Positions 22,601 through 37,249 of a stretch of DNA of 64,000 nucleotides are shown here, piece after piece; position 1 is the first letter of the stretch; each line of letters begins with the position of its first letter. A model generated the notes under the pieces. That model was not told the origin of the DNA, did not search any database, and was given only the letters and a program-made list of their open reading frames with translations. The DNA comes from Geosiphon pyriformis uo1. Its lineage: Eukaryota; Fungi; Glomeromycota. The translations under genes and the position numbers were made by a program. The stretch lies in assembly GCA_016748015.1 (NCBI GenBank), contig JAAOMT010000304.1, positions 62,001 through 126,000 on the forward strand, given 5' to 3'.

Positions 22601-24592
22601 AACAACCATGGAAAAAGAAAACAAAGAGAAGAACATACCTGGGAAACCACCATTGGTGCTTGGATTGATGACAACTAAAATGAGTTGCCACCTACACTTA
22701 GTTGGGAAAAAAAAGAGAAAGGAAAGAAAAGAGAAGACAACATACTAGAGGAAACCAAATCACCACCAGTGGCTGGACTTGTTCATATATTGTTCATGAG
22801 CCACTGCCACAATCATCATACATACTGCTTAAGTGCAAAAACTGTGGGAAGAAACTTTCTTCTATGGGAATCTGGATTGTGCTAGATAAAGACTACTGGA
22901 TGCGAACCCACTATTATTATAAGTCATGCCATAGAAAACGCTATGGCTACTCAAAGAAACAGAACAAGTGGAACAATGAATCATGTCTTACTTGTAGTAA
23001 ACAACTGCTCAATGAAGAAATATGGAATAACATTCCTGGTCGAGGAGGAATGTGTGACACTTCGTGTCAATACATGATCTTCATTAGTGACTGGGTAAGT
23101 CATGACATGCCCATAACAGCAGCCTGGCACCAAGTGATCTCTCGCTTAGAAGGATACCCACATGACAAAGATAAAATCTGGTAAATGGCCAACGCCAAAG
23201 TGGAAGGTGCTTCGCCCAGTGAAATTTTGGAGATCAAGAACAACTCTCCAGAACCAACAAACATCATTTTAGTTCTCAATCCAGACACTTTTCTAGACTT
23301 GGAAAACAGCCCAGAAGAGTTCCACAAACACTATCAGAATCTAGCACCCACCAGAGAAGAGCAAGAGCAATGGTTGGAAGAAATCAACATCCAATTATGT
23401 GACTATTGCTTGATTCCATGTGATTTTTAGTATTGTGATGAGTGTGATCTCATCTACAATCTACCACCACACATGATCTACATGATTCCAAAGGAAGAGG
23501 AACCAATTAGCAGCTGCACATCCAAATTGGAATCACTGTTCAATCCTGATTTAAACTCTAACAATGATGATAATGAAAACACCGGTTCCAGCTCTGTTTA
23601 AATTGGCGATAACAACAACAATGATTTCAACTCAGATTCAAACTCTGACCCAAAATACGAACAATACATTGCACTGCCAGACCTCTCCAAAGAACAGGAG
23701 TTGAAATAGTATAGTGATAATAATAAAGGTATTATGCCAGAACGCGCGCATAATACTAATGCTGGGTTTGATCTAAGGTATCCAGGAAAAGAGGCCATCA
23801 AATTGGAACCACATTTGTGCACTTGCATTAATCTAAAAGTAGCACTGGAAATTCCAGCAACAACAATAATTCAATTAGTATCTAGGAGTAACTTAGCGAA
23901 AAGAGAAATAAACATCAGAGGAGAAATAATTGATGTGAGATATGTAGGATATATCATTGCCATACTACAAAATAACTCAGAAAAGACCTATATTATAGAG
24001 CCAAATGAAAAGATAGCACAGGCAATATTCCTGCCTCTGGTTAAAATAGCTCAATTAGTGTCAGTGGAAGATAGGAAAGAATTAGGGATAACAGCAAGAG
24101 AGATACAGGAATTTAGATCTACAAGTAGAATAGATGTACCAGTCAATATGGTAGAAGAAAAAACTGTTGGCCAAGGAGAATTTATCTCAACCAATCAAAC
24201 AATTTCTATTCTACCATATGACTAATACATGGTAGAAATAGAAAGAAAAGTAAAGGATCAAAACCAAATTTTTGAAGCAGAAGCAAGCCTTTGCGAGTCA
24301 GGAGAGATTGGACTTATCAATCTCTACATACCAACCAAGAGCCACAATCACATAAAAATTCCCATCTACAATAACACTGGAAGTGTCATCCAGATACCAG
24401 AAGGAACCACCATCGGATATTTGACTACAGAAATAGAGAATCAACCACTAAGCACCATTCCAGACTTTCCACAGCTTTGTGGATATGTTAATATCACATT
24501 ACAAACAATATACGGACGAAGTGAATGTTATTTGCTCCAACCAGAACAATTGGAACAAATGAACATAGGAAACTTAGATCCACTCCAACATA
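19652..24592 (+). pseudogene. Element C gag-PR-Cys-rich-dUTPase (truncated)
   Basis: ORF fragments 19652, 20249, 21578 and 22331 are in one frame; dUTPase at ~23700-24130. Confidence 0.88.
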
Positions 24593-24639
24593 TAATTGCA
24601 GCATATAAATCTCAATTTCCAGATACAATTATGCATTTT

Positions 24640-26000
24640 TAAATAAATAAGAATAAAGAATGGGTTTTTTAGTGATGTTAACTGACTTATTTAATTGATT
24701 TATCTTGGTAATTGTTGGTAATTTGTTATAATATGCAGAACAAATTCGCTTTTTATTATCAATATTAGACAATTAACAAGCTGGGCATTTTTTTAGAGAA
24801 CCAATTTGGCTTTAATATTGTACTAATTCATAAATCATATTTGTTTCTTGACTTTTTTCCACACAAAGCTCTTCTAAAATAATAATAAAATAATTAGTAA
24901 GTTTTTTATGAATTTCATTTATCATACCTAAAATTAAAAAAAATAATTTTTTATATTTCTTTTTAGGAAGTTTAGAATACAATTAAGGATTTATATTTTG
25001 AATATTATTTATTTAATTATAATTAAAAACAACAAAACTCGTAATAATATTGAATATAACTATATTATATCCACAATCTAAGTAATTTTTTGATTTTTTT
25101 GTTTATTGTCAAAAACTAAAAATAAAAATTTTTTGGAAAGCTTTGGCTGTTCTATAACCAAACTCTCTAATCAGTTAGTAAACTTTTTATAGCAACTAGA
25201 ACTTATAATATGATTATTAATATTAATGATCATTTTCGATTTTACTACTGAATATTTAATTGCTAAAGTAACTAAATTAATAGCAGAAACATATTTTAAG
25301 TGTCTTAATTCATATATAATATTAACTGTTATAACACACTTAAAAAGTTTTTCATTTTTATTTTGATATTTATCTTCATTATGAGTAAAAGTTTTAATAA
25401 ATCTTACAATGACTGGATTTTATTTTGCAAGCCATATTAAAAGACAATACTCTAAAAAACTATCTAGACTAAAATGTTCATGATTTTTTTTCAAACTTAT
25501 TATATTATTATACAAATTATCTTATTTCCTTTTGACAATTTCTGTTACAGATTTAATATGACTTTGTTGATTATTAAATGCTTCATGTAATTGCTTTTTT
25601 AATGTTGCATTCTCAGATAATAATTATTAATTGATATCTTTTAGCTTCTGTATCTATTTTATATAAACTTCATATATTAGATCTGGCAAGAATACTTGGA
25701 CTTCAAAATCAGAAAAAGTTTTTTCTAATTCTAATAGCTTGTTATTATTAGAAAGTCTTGGTCTTTTTCTTTCTGTTTTTTCTAAATTTAAAAAAGTTGA
25801 ATCATTTGATTTAGTAATTTGTTTAATAAAAAACTTTTTAACAACAATCTAATTATAATGTCTTTTACATAAAAAATAATTGTTTAGAGAGTCAAGTAAT
25901 ATAGTTAATCTAGGAAAATACTTAGTTATTTCCATTATTTTTTCTGCTACAATACTAACTAATGCATGTTACCATCTTTGATTTTCTTTGGTTTTATATT
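24640..26000 (-). pseudogene. Degenerate coding fragment, possibly a DNA-transposon-derived protein with a zinc ribbon
   Basis: Manual minus-strand translation: FLCKRHYN.IV, LRHLKYVSAINL..AIKYS, FLFLVFDNKQK, KKCPAC..NIDNKKRICSA. Family identity is uncertain. Confidence 0.45.
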
Positions 26001-26521
26001 TTACTAATTAATTTTCATCATATTCACTAGTAAAAAATTCAAATAAACAGAGTAAGTCTTTAGTATTTATTATAAATCAAAACATAATTTTAAATCCAAT
26101 TTAATAAAAAACTACTATGTAAAGTTGTGTAAATCTTTATGGATTCTAAAATTTTGTGTTTATAAAAGTATGTTTTTACTGTTAGTTTTGATTTTATTTG
26201 AAGTATTTGATCAATAAAGTATTATTAAATTCTTTATACTAATAATGCTAAATACTAATTAGATTACAAAAATTTTTTGTGGATTATTCCAAAATTGATC
26301 TATGAAATTTAAAATCTCTTTGACTATATTACCAATTAGTATTAGCCATTATTATCAGTTGGTATTGGCTGTTATTATCAATTGGTGTTGGCCACTATTG
26401 TAAATTGGTGCTTATTACTATTGTGAAATGATGCTTGTTACTATATTAATTATTATTTTTCTAAGATTATTATTGTGCTATATTAGAATTAAATAATTTA
26501 TATTATTTTATGATTTTTTTG

Positions 26522-27205
26522 CTAAATTTTTGAATTATAATACTGATCTAAACACTCAGTAGATTTTTTGAGATTAGTATTTACCAAGATGTTTACATTC
26601 TTAGCCTTTTCGGTAGCTTGTATCAAACTTAATTTGGAAGTGAACATTGTTTTGATAATCTTAGCAAATTTTGAGAAAATAAACACCTCCCCAAAACCAT
26701 TGACTCTACAAAACAACTTTCTGACAACCATAAGCTTTTTCTAAACCAACTTCTTAATAACATTGTTTAGACTGATATTTAAAGCAAAAGACTTTCTAAT
26801 TAACACATTAACCAGGTTTTTCAAAGGGAAAGAGAACCACAAAATTATTCAAGAGAATATTATCATCATTATTATTAACCAGAAAATTAATCTTGCCCAA
26901 TTGCTTGCCCAAAGCTTTTTTAGTAATCAACTTAAGTCTCTTTGGTATTTAGTTTGTATTTCTTTTTTTTAGAACATTCCCTTCTCCATAATTCATGCTT
27001 GTTTTTTTAATCAAGAATTTCTCTTCTATATTAACACTATTAAATTCAATAGTATTATCAGCTTTAGATTTCTAAAAACTACCAACTGTTTTATCAGACA
27101 AAGTTATCTTATGAATAGCACTATCTCTTAGAACACCTCTTTTTTTTTAAACACAATATCTTTGCTAATAATATTAGTACCAAAGCTTTTAACAGACTTT
27201 TTCAT
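26522..27205 (-). mobile_element. LINE ORF1 5' fragment
   Basis: MKKSVK... start at 27205; VVRKLF..VNGFG..FSKF..IIKTMFTS reads as the N-terminal part of ORF1 of the LINE family seen elsewhere here (recognition, not aligned). Confidence 0.6.
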
Positions 27206-28034
27206 CACAGCAATACTACAGCCAATAATGGCCTCATAATCAAGCAAGAATGATTTGAATTTATCATACTAAATTGTAAAAAACTTTTTTCAAAAAACTT
27301 TTGACTCTTTTTTGGGAATTTTAAATAGAGAAAAAAAAGTTTTTTACTATAATTAATAATTTTGTAAAAAATATAAAGTATTAATATAAAAGTTATTAAA
27401 CTTAAATATATATATATTTAAATAAAAAATTAAATAAACATTTAAATAAAAAATTATTAAATACTTAAATAAAATAAAAACAAATAATTTTTTTAATTTA
27501 TATTGCTTAATATAAGTTTGAATTATTAGTTATATATAAAAAATATGTAAGTAATATTTTTATTACATATTTTAAGTTTTAATTAAATTATATTTAATTA
27601 AAAATGACATTATTAAATTTGTTTTATTTATAAATTAAATATATAAACTTATTTAATAAGTTTAAAATTAATATAAAGTTACATATATATATGCAAAATA
27701 ATAATAAAAATATATTTAATACTGGTTTAATTTTAAAACTTACAATTATTTTTATTTTAAAATAATAAAACGAATTTTATTCAATATTAAAATATATAAA
27801 ACAATAATAATAATTTAACAAAACAAAAATAATTTAATGAATATTGCATAATACAATAATTATTAAAAAAACAATTCTATTATAGAGTAAAAACTCTTGT
27901 AATTTAACAAAGGCGGGTTTGTTACCTAAATAGTAAATTTATACTGATAAATCAAAGATCTGAAACGTCATTGACACGAACCAAACATATATTAGGCCAT
28001 ATCTTCCCAAACCATAACAAACACACAAAACACC

Positions 28035-28290
28035 ATGTCTGAAGATATTAAACGTGAATTAGAATACGCTAAGACCCAGTATGGGAGATGCGTGGAGAAG
28101 CTAGATAGATTAGAAGAGTTGAAAAAGAATCTGAGAGAGAAGGAGGATGTGGACGAAAACCAAAGGAAGAAGTGGATAGAAGAAAAGGAAGAGTTGCAAG
28201 AAGAAGTGAAAGAGCTAAAAAAGAGTAAAGATAGATGGGAGTTGCAGATTGAAAAATTACAAGATCACTTTATAGAAACTAATAAGACAG
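28035..28290 (+). CDS. First exon of a host gene encoding a charged coiled-coil segment; rest probably in the gap
   Basis: ACACCATG start context, stop-free E/K-rich helix, probable donor AG|GTAACG at 28291, intact CpGs. Confidence 0.55.
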
Positions 28291-28450
28291 GTAACGACTT
28301 CGTAACTTGAGACATAGAGTAGAGCTTAACAAATTTGTAAATCAGTTTTCCATCCATAACTATTCATTCATTTTGTAATTACATGCGTTTTATGGAAGGA
28401 ATGTCCATATTTAAGAGAATATTTGGTGTATAACGCCTATTTCTTTCTAT

Positions 28451-29446
28451 NNNNNNNNNNNNNNNNNNNNNNNNNNNNNNNNNNNNNNNNNNNNNNNNNN
28501 NNNNNNNNNNNNNNNNNNNNNNNNNNNNNNNNNNNNNNNNNNNNNNNNNNNNNNNNNNNNNNNNNNNNNNNNNNNNNNNNNNNNNNNNNNNNNNNNNNNN
28601 NNNNNNNNNNNNNNNNNNNNNNNNNNNNNNNNNNNNNNNNNNNNNNNNNNNNNNNNNNNNNNNNNNNNNNNNNNNNNNNNNNNNNNNNNNNNNNNNNNNN
28701 NNNNNNNNNNNNNNNNNNNNNNNNNNNNNNNNNNNNNNNNNNNNNNNNNNNNNNNNNNNNNNNNNNNNNNNNNNNNNNNNNNNNNNNNNNNNNNNNNNNN
28801 NNNNNNNNNNNNNNNNNNNNNNNNNNNNNNNNNNNNNNNNNNNNNNNNNNNNNNNNNNNNNNNNNNNNNNNNNNNNNNNNNNNNNNNNNNNNNNNNNNNN
28901 NNNNNNNNNNNNNNNNNNNNNNNNNNNNNNNNNNNNNNNNNNNNNNNNNNNNNNNNNNNNNNNNNNNNNNNNNNNNNNNNNNNNNNNNNNNNNNNNNNNN
29001 NNNNNNNNNNNNNNNNNNNNNNNNNNNNNNNNNNNNNNNNNNNNNNNNNNNNNNNNNNNNNNNNNNNNNNNNNNNNNNNNNNNNNNNNNNNNNNNNNNNN
29101 NNNNNNNNNNNNNNNNNNNNNNNNNNNNNNNNNNNNNNNNNNNNNNNNNNNNNNNNNNNNNNNNNNNNNNNNNNNNNNNNNNNNNNNNNNNNNNNNNNNN
29201 NNNNNNNNNNNNNNNNNNNNNNNNNNNNNNNNNNNNNNNNNNNNNNNNNNNNNNNNNNNNNNNNNNNNNNNNNNNNNNNNNNNNNNNNNNNNNNNNNNNN
29301 NNNNNNNNNNNNNNNNNNNNNNNNNNNNNNNNNNNNNNNNNNNNNNNNNNNNNNNNNNNNNNNNNNNNNNNNNNNNNNNNNNNNNNNNNNNNNNNNNNNN
29401 NNNNNNNNNNNNNNNNNNNNNNNNNNNNNNNNNNNNNNNNNNNNNN
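28451..29446. other. Assembly gap (N run)
   Basis: 996 N. Confidence 1.
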
Positions 29447-29959
29447 GTTAATGACTGTATTTTTTATTTCAGATTTTTTAAATAATACATTATTTTTTGT
29501 ATAAAAAATATGTAATGCTTATTTTAATTTGTAATAATATTTAAGTTTAAAATATTAATATTAACAATTTTTTAAAAAACAAAATTTGATTATGTTTTGT
29601 TTGTATGTAACCAGTTATCTAAATTAGTTAAAACAATATTATATTTTAAATAAAATATATTCTGGCTAATTTATTATATATATTACTAATTAAAAATGTA
29701 AAAAAAAATTTATATTATTAATTAAACTTAAATAATTAAAAAATTGCAATTTTCTTCTTTAATTTAATATTATTAAACTTGTTATTTTTGGTATAATCAA
29801 ATTTATTTTATAAATTATGTTAACTTTAAAAACTTTTTTTTGTATATAATATTATTTAAATAGAAAAATAACAAAATAACAAAATTAATTAATTTTTTAT
29901 TTTATGTTTAATAAGTACTATTTAATATACAGAAACAAACTAAGTAAATTTAACTAAAT

Positions 29960-32900
29960 ATGATTTATATGTTTACTACATGTAATTAGCCATTTGAACC
30001 AATCAAAACAATACTATATACTTATATAAATCTTTATACTATTAACAATACTTAAAAAAAATAAACAAACTTTATACAATTTAAAACTTACAGTAAAAAA
30101 TTTAATAATTTAAAGCAAATAAACAACTTTAATTAACAAAACATTAAACAAATTTCAAAATCAACAGTTATTATATTTATATTATTAATTAAATTACTTT
30201 TCTCTATATTTGTTCTGAACTTTAATCTAAACAACTATAATTTACTACAATACTTTTCGACTAAATAATAAATAAAATCAACTACTACTAAAACAATTTT
30301 CTTTTTATTACCAAAAATTAATATTGTTTTATTAGTCCAGTTCTTAAAAACAAAGTTTTTACACATAATTTTCAAAGAAAAAATATACAATACCAAGAAT
30401 AATAACAAAGAATAAGATTTTATCAAAGATTTTTACAAATCAATATGATTTAACAGAATTTCAGAACAATTAAAAATATTTTTTGAATACATAAAAACAT
30501 AATCAAATAGTTTAATATTACTACATATTAAACACAAAATATTTAAATAACTTTTATTATAAAGTTTTTTTCTAATTATAATTAATAGTCTTTTATAGAC
30601 TACTTTTATCAAATATATGCCAAAAACAGCTAAAGTTTTATTAGTAAACTTTAAAAATATGTAAAAGTTTAAATATCAAACTATAGTCATACTAATTTAG
30701 TTTATAGTTTAATAGATATTATAAACAAAGTAATAAGTATTTTTTTAATATAACTTAACTATTAATTACAATAAATCTCTTGCAAATCTCAGCAAAAAAA
30801 ATAAGACAAAACTGTATAATATTATATACAAAAATATCAGCTTAGTTATTGTCTGTATTCTTTAAATAACTTTTGATTTTTACCTATTCAACAAAAATAT
30901 TTTTCAATTTAACTAAATTAGTCATATAATAGCTTTCTATTTAATACTTGTTTCAAAAATCAAACAGATAAACTTAAACTTTAAAACATATATATTTATA
31001 ATAGCTTGACTGTTTATATGCAAAATTATTAAGCAGAAAAAAAAAATACATTTTAATACTAAAACAATTATCTGTAATTTCAATATTATTAAAAACAACA
31101 GTCTATATATCTTTATATTTAAATCTATTTTACTATTAAAAAAATAAGCTATTACTTTACTAACTATCTTTACAGTATTCAAATACTTCAAAAAATTATT
31201 AGTATAAATATTAAAAATATTTGTTTACAATCTATGTAAATATTTTCAAATATCCAAAAATTTTTTTAAACACAAAAAATTTAACTAACTAAAAATAAGA
31301 GCAATTTTATTAGGTTTAATAAGAAATTATTTATAAAAACTGAAGTTTTTTTAAGTTACAATAATATTAAGTCTCTAAAACTTAATTTTTTTTAATAATA
31401 AAGTCTTTTAATTTATAACTAACTTATATTTATCTAATAATTTGTTTCTAAAAACAATATTAAAATGTTTTAAAGAGTAAACTATTTTAAAATGATAAAA
31501 ATATTCCAAAATTTTAAACATTAAAAAGTAGTAAAAACCACAAAATATGCTAAACAAGTTGTTGATTAAAAAAATCTGATTATTTAGAAAAATTTTTACA
31601 ATGTTTACCAAATAATTGTTTACAGAATTAATTTTTAACTTAACTAGATACTGTAGTAAGTTTATAAGTATCTATTCTAAAACTTGTAATCCAAAAAGTA
31701 GTATTTAAATAATTGGCCAAGAATTCCAATTGTATTAAAAAACCAAACTACTAAAGCTACTTTGTTTTCTGTTTGTGTCTGTTTAAAAAACTTTAATCTA
31801 TACAGAAATAAATAGTATAAAATTTGATTAAAAAAATTTTGAACAAATTGGTTTTTAAATTTAAATTTTTTTCTAATCATAATATTTTATTTTTAATATA
31901 TATTTTTAGATATAAAATTGAATTATGTTTAATAATTTACTATAAGTTAAAAAATTGCTAAGATTAAATAAAAAAACTGTTTATTTAACAATATTTTTTT
32001 AAAAACTAAATTCAAAAAAAACTTAACATCTAAATATGTCTTGATAAAACTTGACTTTAATATATTTTCTGTTAACAAAAAAATTTTAAGTACCTATAAA
32101 GTTCACTATACTTGGCAATAAAAATAGACTAATTATTAATATACAAAAAAGTATTTACAATTTTTTAATTAATGAAAATTACTATTGTCTTGTTATTGTT
32201 AATAAAAATATTATTAATCTTAAAAAACTTATTAATAATATTCAAAATATACTGTGTTAAATCCTAATTGTTTTTTATCTAAATTGTATTATTAATAAAA
32301 GCACCAATTGCAAAAAAAAATAATTTTTTTATTGATCTCTACTCTATTTATTTTTGTTACAAAATTAATGTTGATTTTATATTTACATAAATGTTTATGT
32401 CTCTTTATTTTACATAATAATAGATCATGAAAATTTTTTCAAAAAAACAGAGAAAATATTTTACTTTGGTTAAAATTATTTTATATTTTGTAATTATCTA
32501 AAAAACCAAAATTAATTATTACTTTGTTGATTTTGTTTATGTGTATATTTTTAAAAAACTTAATAAACTTATTATATATTTTAATATACTTTAAACTAGC
32601 TTTCAAATAACACTAATTAACTAAATTATATGTTTTGCACATATTCTGCAAAACCAATTAAAACTCTTGGCTTTTTTTTAAATTATTTTTTATTATTAAA
32701 CCAATGGCAAACACAAAAGATTGGATTAAAGTACCTTTTAAAACCAAGAAATTGGCATTTTAAAAAACATTATATTTACTATAAACAAAAAAATACAATC
32801 AAAAAAATTTTGTTAAAAATTTTTTTAGTCATCTTAATAAATACAATAAGCTTTATATTTGTAAAATACTATTCTAATCATAAAACTTGAAAATTATTAA

Positions 32901-35830
32901 AACTTATACTGTTTTCCAAAAAAAACTAAAATATTGCCAAAAGTTAAACAAAAGTTTAATAGATCCAAAAAACATTTTATTATCATGTCATTATAATGTT
33001 TTCAAAATTTATTTAATATTTTAAACAAACTGACAACTTTATTATCAGACAGATTATCAATAATTAAAACTAATTTATTTATTCAGATCTTATTTATTAT
33101 AATTTTATTAACTTAAAGTTTTATTTTATTTGGTTTTAGAACCAATTTTTTTTTAACTATCAAATAATTCAGAATTACTTTTTAAAAAAATTATTTTAAA
33201 ATACTTCTTATTATGCTCCCTTTATTAAAACTAAAACTTTTTATTTGTCTCTTAATTATTTTTTGACAGTTATATTTTTGGTTATTTTTAACTTATAATA
33301 TTTAAACTTCTTATATTTTTTTTTGATTTTTAACAAGTAGTTAATAGCATTTATTAACTTTGCACTATTTTAAAACATATTTCTAACTTTAAAAAACTTT
33401 TTATCATTAATAATAAACTATTTTTTAATAAAATAATTATATTTAAGTCTGCTGTTTAAGCTTAATTTATTTATAATCTTAGCAATTAGCAATTTTAATC
33501 CAAAAAACTTTAAAGATTGTTTGTTTTTTAAGTACTTAAACTTGTTAAGTCAATGTCTAGAAAATATTAAATCAGCTAAATTTATTATTATATTTTTCAA
33601 TATTTCTATATAATATTCAAATTATCAAAAATTTTTATGTTTACAAACTTATTTATTACTATTAAAAACTTAACAAAAAAAACTTTTTTAAAGCATATTT
33701 ACTTGGCATAATTAAGATTTTTAATCTTAAACTTTTATTAATTCTTATTAACAGATTTCCAAATTTTATTTAAATATTTATTTAAAAAACCACTTAAGTT
33801 AAAAGAAATTATAACAGCCATGTAGTTAATATTAAAAAAATTTAATACACTATTAATTTTTTGATTAACTACAGCCATCAAAAAATATTTATTAATAAAA
33901 ATATAATTTATAATCTTTTTTATACTTTTTAAATTATTTTAAATCAGAACTCTAACAACAAAATTATTTAAAAAAGAATTGTACAAATCTAAATTAAAAT
34001 ATTTTTTCAAATTTATATTCTGCTTTATTATATTTTTATTAAAATTACCATCTAATATTACATAAAAACTTAAATTAACTGTTTTAGCAATATATAAATT
34101 TACTTTACAGACTTTATTAAAATATATACTAACAAAAGTATTAGCATATAAACTCAGTATTATTACTAAAAATTTATTGTCAAATAACAGATAGATTGAA
34201 AAAATATGACTAGAAATTTCAAAAACTTTGTTTATATACTAAGCAAAAATATTATTTATTATTATTGTTACTTTTAACCCAAATAACTAGTGTCTGAACC
34301 AGAAATAAAAACTTTTACATCTAAGAATCTGTTTATAATTCAAAACTTAATCTATTTTTTTAGTTTTGTCTTAATAAGTATAAAAACCAAATTGCAAAAA
34401 TTTCTATGCTATTTAATAATATTTTTTTGTTTAATCAAATTGTTTATTTTTTTAATATTACATATTACAAACTTTTAAACATAATTGGTTATTGAATTGA
34501 AAAATATATTAAAAAGTTTAAATCAGGACATAATTATTTAATTTTATTAAAACTGAACTAAAAAAAATTTAAAAAGCAATTATCTTCAATTCTAAGCTGC
34601 TTACCTTAATAATAAAATCTTCAAACTATTTATATCTAAATTTAAAATTTTAGTTATTGTTACTAAAAAAAATAAAAAAATAAAGTCTATAAGTTATCTA
34701 AAACTATATTTAAATTTGAATTTGAATTTAAAACCACAAAAACAAATAAAAAAAATTAAAAAGCAGAAACTAAAAACACCAAATTTGTATTATTTAACTT
34801 TTACACAATACTAAATACTTAATTAGCCAAGAGTTCTAAAAAATGTTCTAAAGAAACCAAAAAAATATTAATAAACAAACTATTTTATAGAGCAAAAAAA
34901 GTTCAATCAAAATATAAGGTACTAAAAAAAAACAAACCAAAACCAAAACCAAAGCAAGCATTATTAAAAACAAAAACCAATAAAACCACTTGAGCTTATA
35001 ATTTGTTACCAAAAACAGCAGAATATAAAATAAAAAAATTTTGTTAACATATAACTTGGCCAACTAAAGACAATTTACTTCTAAAACAAAATTCTTATAT
35101 ATTCTTAAAAGTAGAAGAATATACGTACTTAGTATATTATAATTCAGAACAAAATGTCTAAAATATTTATATTTTTCACAAAAAACTACATCTAGTTTAA
35201 TCCAAAAAAGTTTTATATTACTAAAAATTGGTTTTATGTAAAAAACTGATTCAAGATTTTTTTAATTCAAAACCAATTACAGCACAATAAATTCTATTAC
35301 CAGTCATAAATAATTGATTAATTACATATGTTTTTCTACCAGTTTTTTTTAATAAAGTATTTAAATTATAAGCAGTTATTTTTATAGTCAAAATAAACAA
35401 TAGTACTTTAAATTAATTTCTTAATATTTAAATATTGTAATTTTCTATAGCTTTGAGTATATATATTAAATTTTTTCTAAATAAAAATATTTATCTTAAT
35501 GTTAATTAATTAACTTAACTTGATTTGGCAAATTTTATTATAGTTTTCTGTTATAATCTAATTAATTATATTCAGTTACTGTGATGACAATTATTTTTTT
35601 AACATATTTATAAATTTTTTTTTGATTATTACAGTCTGATTTGAACAGAATTTTTGTTTTTTAATATTATTATTTATCATAATGTTTTTTTTTTGGCCAA
35701 TAATATAGTCTTTTTTATGCTTTTCTCTAATATAAATATAGAAAGCTTTTTTTTTACCAAGCTATTATAAAGTTTATTCTTAAATAGTCAATTTTTTTAT
35801 GTTGTTATTTCATAAAAGAATAAAAAAAAA
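29960..35830 (-). mobile_element. Near full-length, heavily decayed LINE (ORF1, APE endonuclease, RT, RNase H)
   Basis: Family 3'-UTR motif at ~29983; endonuclease-like INRFLDVKVFISG at ~34300; decayed ORF1 knuckle region (AVIGFE...CEKY..FRH) at ~35150-35330. Boundaries approximate. Confidence 0.65.
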
Positions 35831-36299
35831 AAAAAAAAAAAAAAAAAAGACAAAAAAATAAATAAAAATAAAATAAAACTTAAAAAAAAAGAAATTAGTA
35901 TTATTAATTATTATAATCAAAAGTAATTAATTTAAATTTTTATTTGTTTAAGACATTTTATGTTAAGAGCATCTGGCTAAAAATGAAGGTAAAAAAATAA
36001 GTAATTGAGTTTAAACATAAAATTCAAAAATTATGGATAAATAATTTTTGGTTTTAAATCTTATTTTTATTTAATATAATATAAATATATAAGTAAAATA
36101 GATCTAATAAATATGAATAAAAAACATATTTTCTATTTGACTATTTTCTTTGTCTGTTTTTTTTTATTGCTAAAACTACTTGTTTTTATACATATTTCTA
36201 ATTTTACAAAATTGCTTTTTAATTATTTGTTATTACTAGCTATTGTTTACTATTTCTGCTATTGTTTTATTTTTTTATACTGTAATTAATTATTTTATG

Positions 36300-37055
36300 T
36301 TTTTTTTTTTCCAAATTTAACGAGTGAGGTCCAAACACTGTCTAGTACAATACATCAAACAAGTAATCTAAACTAGATGTAAATTATGTATTTTCTACAC
36401 GTAACCAGTTATTTAGACTAGTCAGAATAACACTAGGCACTTATATGTACTGAAACCATGTTACCTATATCTGAAAAGATTAAACAAGATTTACAAAACC
36501 CAAAACTAACACCAAATATATCAGTAATACCCAACAATCTAATCATACCAGCTAAAAGCACTAAAGGAAGACCAAAAATTGAAACAGGAACAAAACCAAT
36601 ATGCAAGATTATGCCACTTTTTTTCATAACAACCCAGTGCTTAGCATGTACCAGCCAAACATTATTATGAAATGCAAGACAAAACTCATACACAAAAGCC
36701 ACAATATTTTGAGCTGCAATCTTAGAGTCTTTAAAAACAACAACAGATTCATGATACTACTCCTTGAAAACAAAGCCCTTACACAGAGCTGCACCAATAA
36801 CAACATTGGAGACACAAATAGAAAACAACCACGAGATACATGAAAAAAAGTAAGATAAATCCAAGTGTGTTTTCCAAGCAAATGCATAAACTTTCACCAA
36901 CTAAGCATAACTAGCAACATCAAATAGACAAGAAAACACATGGTTCGAGATCTCAACATCACTGCAGAATAGACAAATTATACTGGAATAACTCTTATTA
37001 TAGAGACACTTATGTACAGCAACTGAAAGACAATGATGCAATGCTTTTATAAAAT
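36300..37055 (-). mobile_element. 5'-truncated LINE 3' fragment with poly(A) tail
   Basis: FIKALHH...CLFCSDVEISNHVFSC (ORF2 C-terminal CCHC), 3'-UTR stem-loop, T-run at 36300-36310. Confidence 0.8.
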
Positions 37056-37249
37056 ATGTTTAAAAGCATTTTATGTTATGGCTAATTATTTTGTGCTATT
37101 TTACATTATTGTGTTATTTTGTATTATCTTAAGTTATAATATATTATTCTGTATTATTTTGTATTATTATGTTTTTTTATGTTATTATATTTTTTTAATA
37201 TCTTTTGAATTTGTTTTTTTTTATTTAAGTAATAACAATTTATTCTGAT

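Larger units (their letters stand above)
18727..24592 (+). mobile_element. 3'-truncated Ty3/Gypsy element C (relative of A)
   Basis: LTR, PBS, gag (CHNCSKQGYIRANC), protease LILDSGSADS, Cys-rich domain, dUTPase (AGFDLRY). Homology to A stops just before RT. Confidence 0.9.

Noticed and set aside
28423-29451. 342-aa ORF in the track
   Set aside because: Made almost entirely of N gap.
30235-35063. Short F/I/K/L/N-rich ORFs as independent genes
   Set aside because: Chance or residual frames in AT-decayed LINE sequence.
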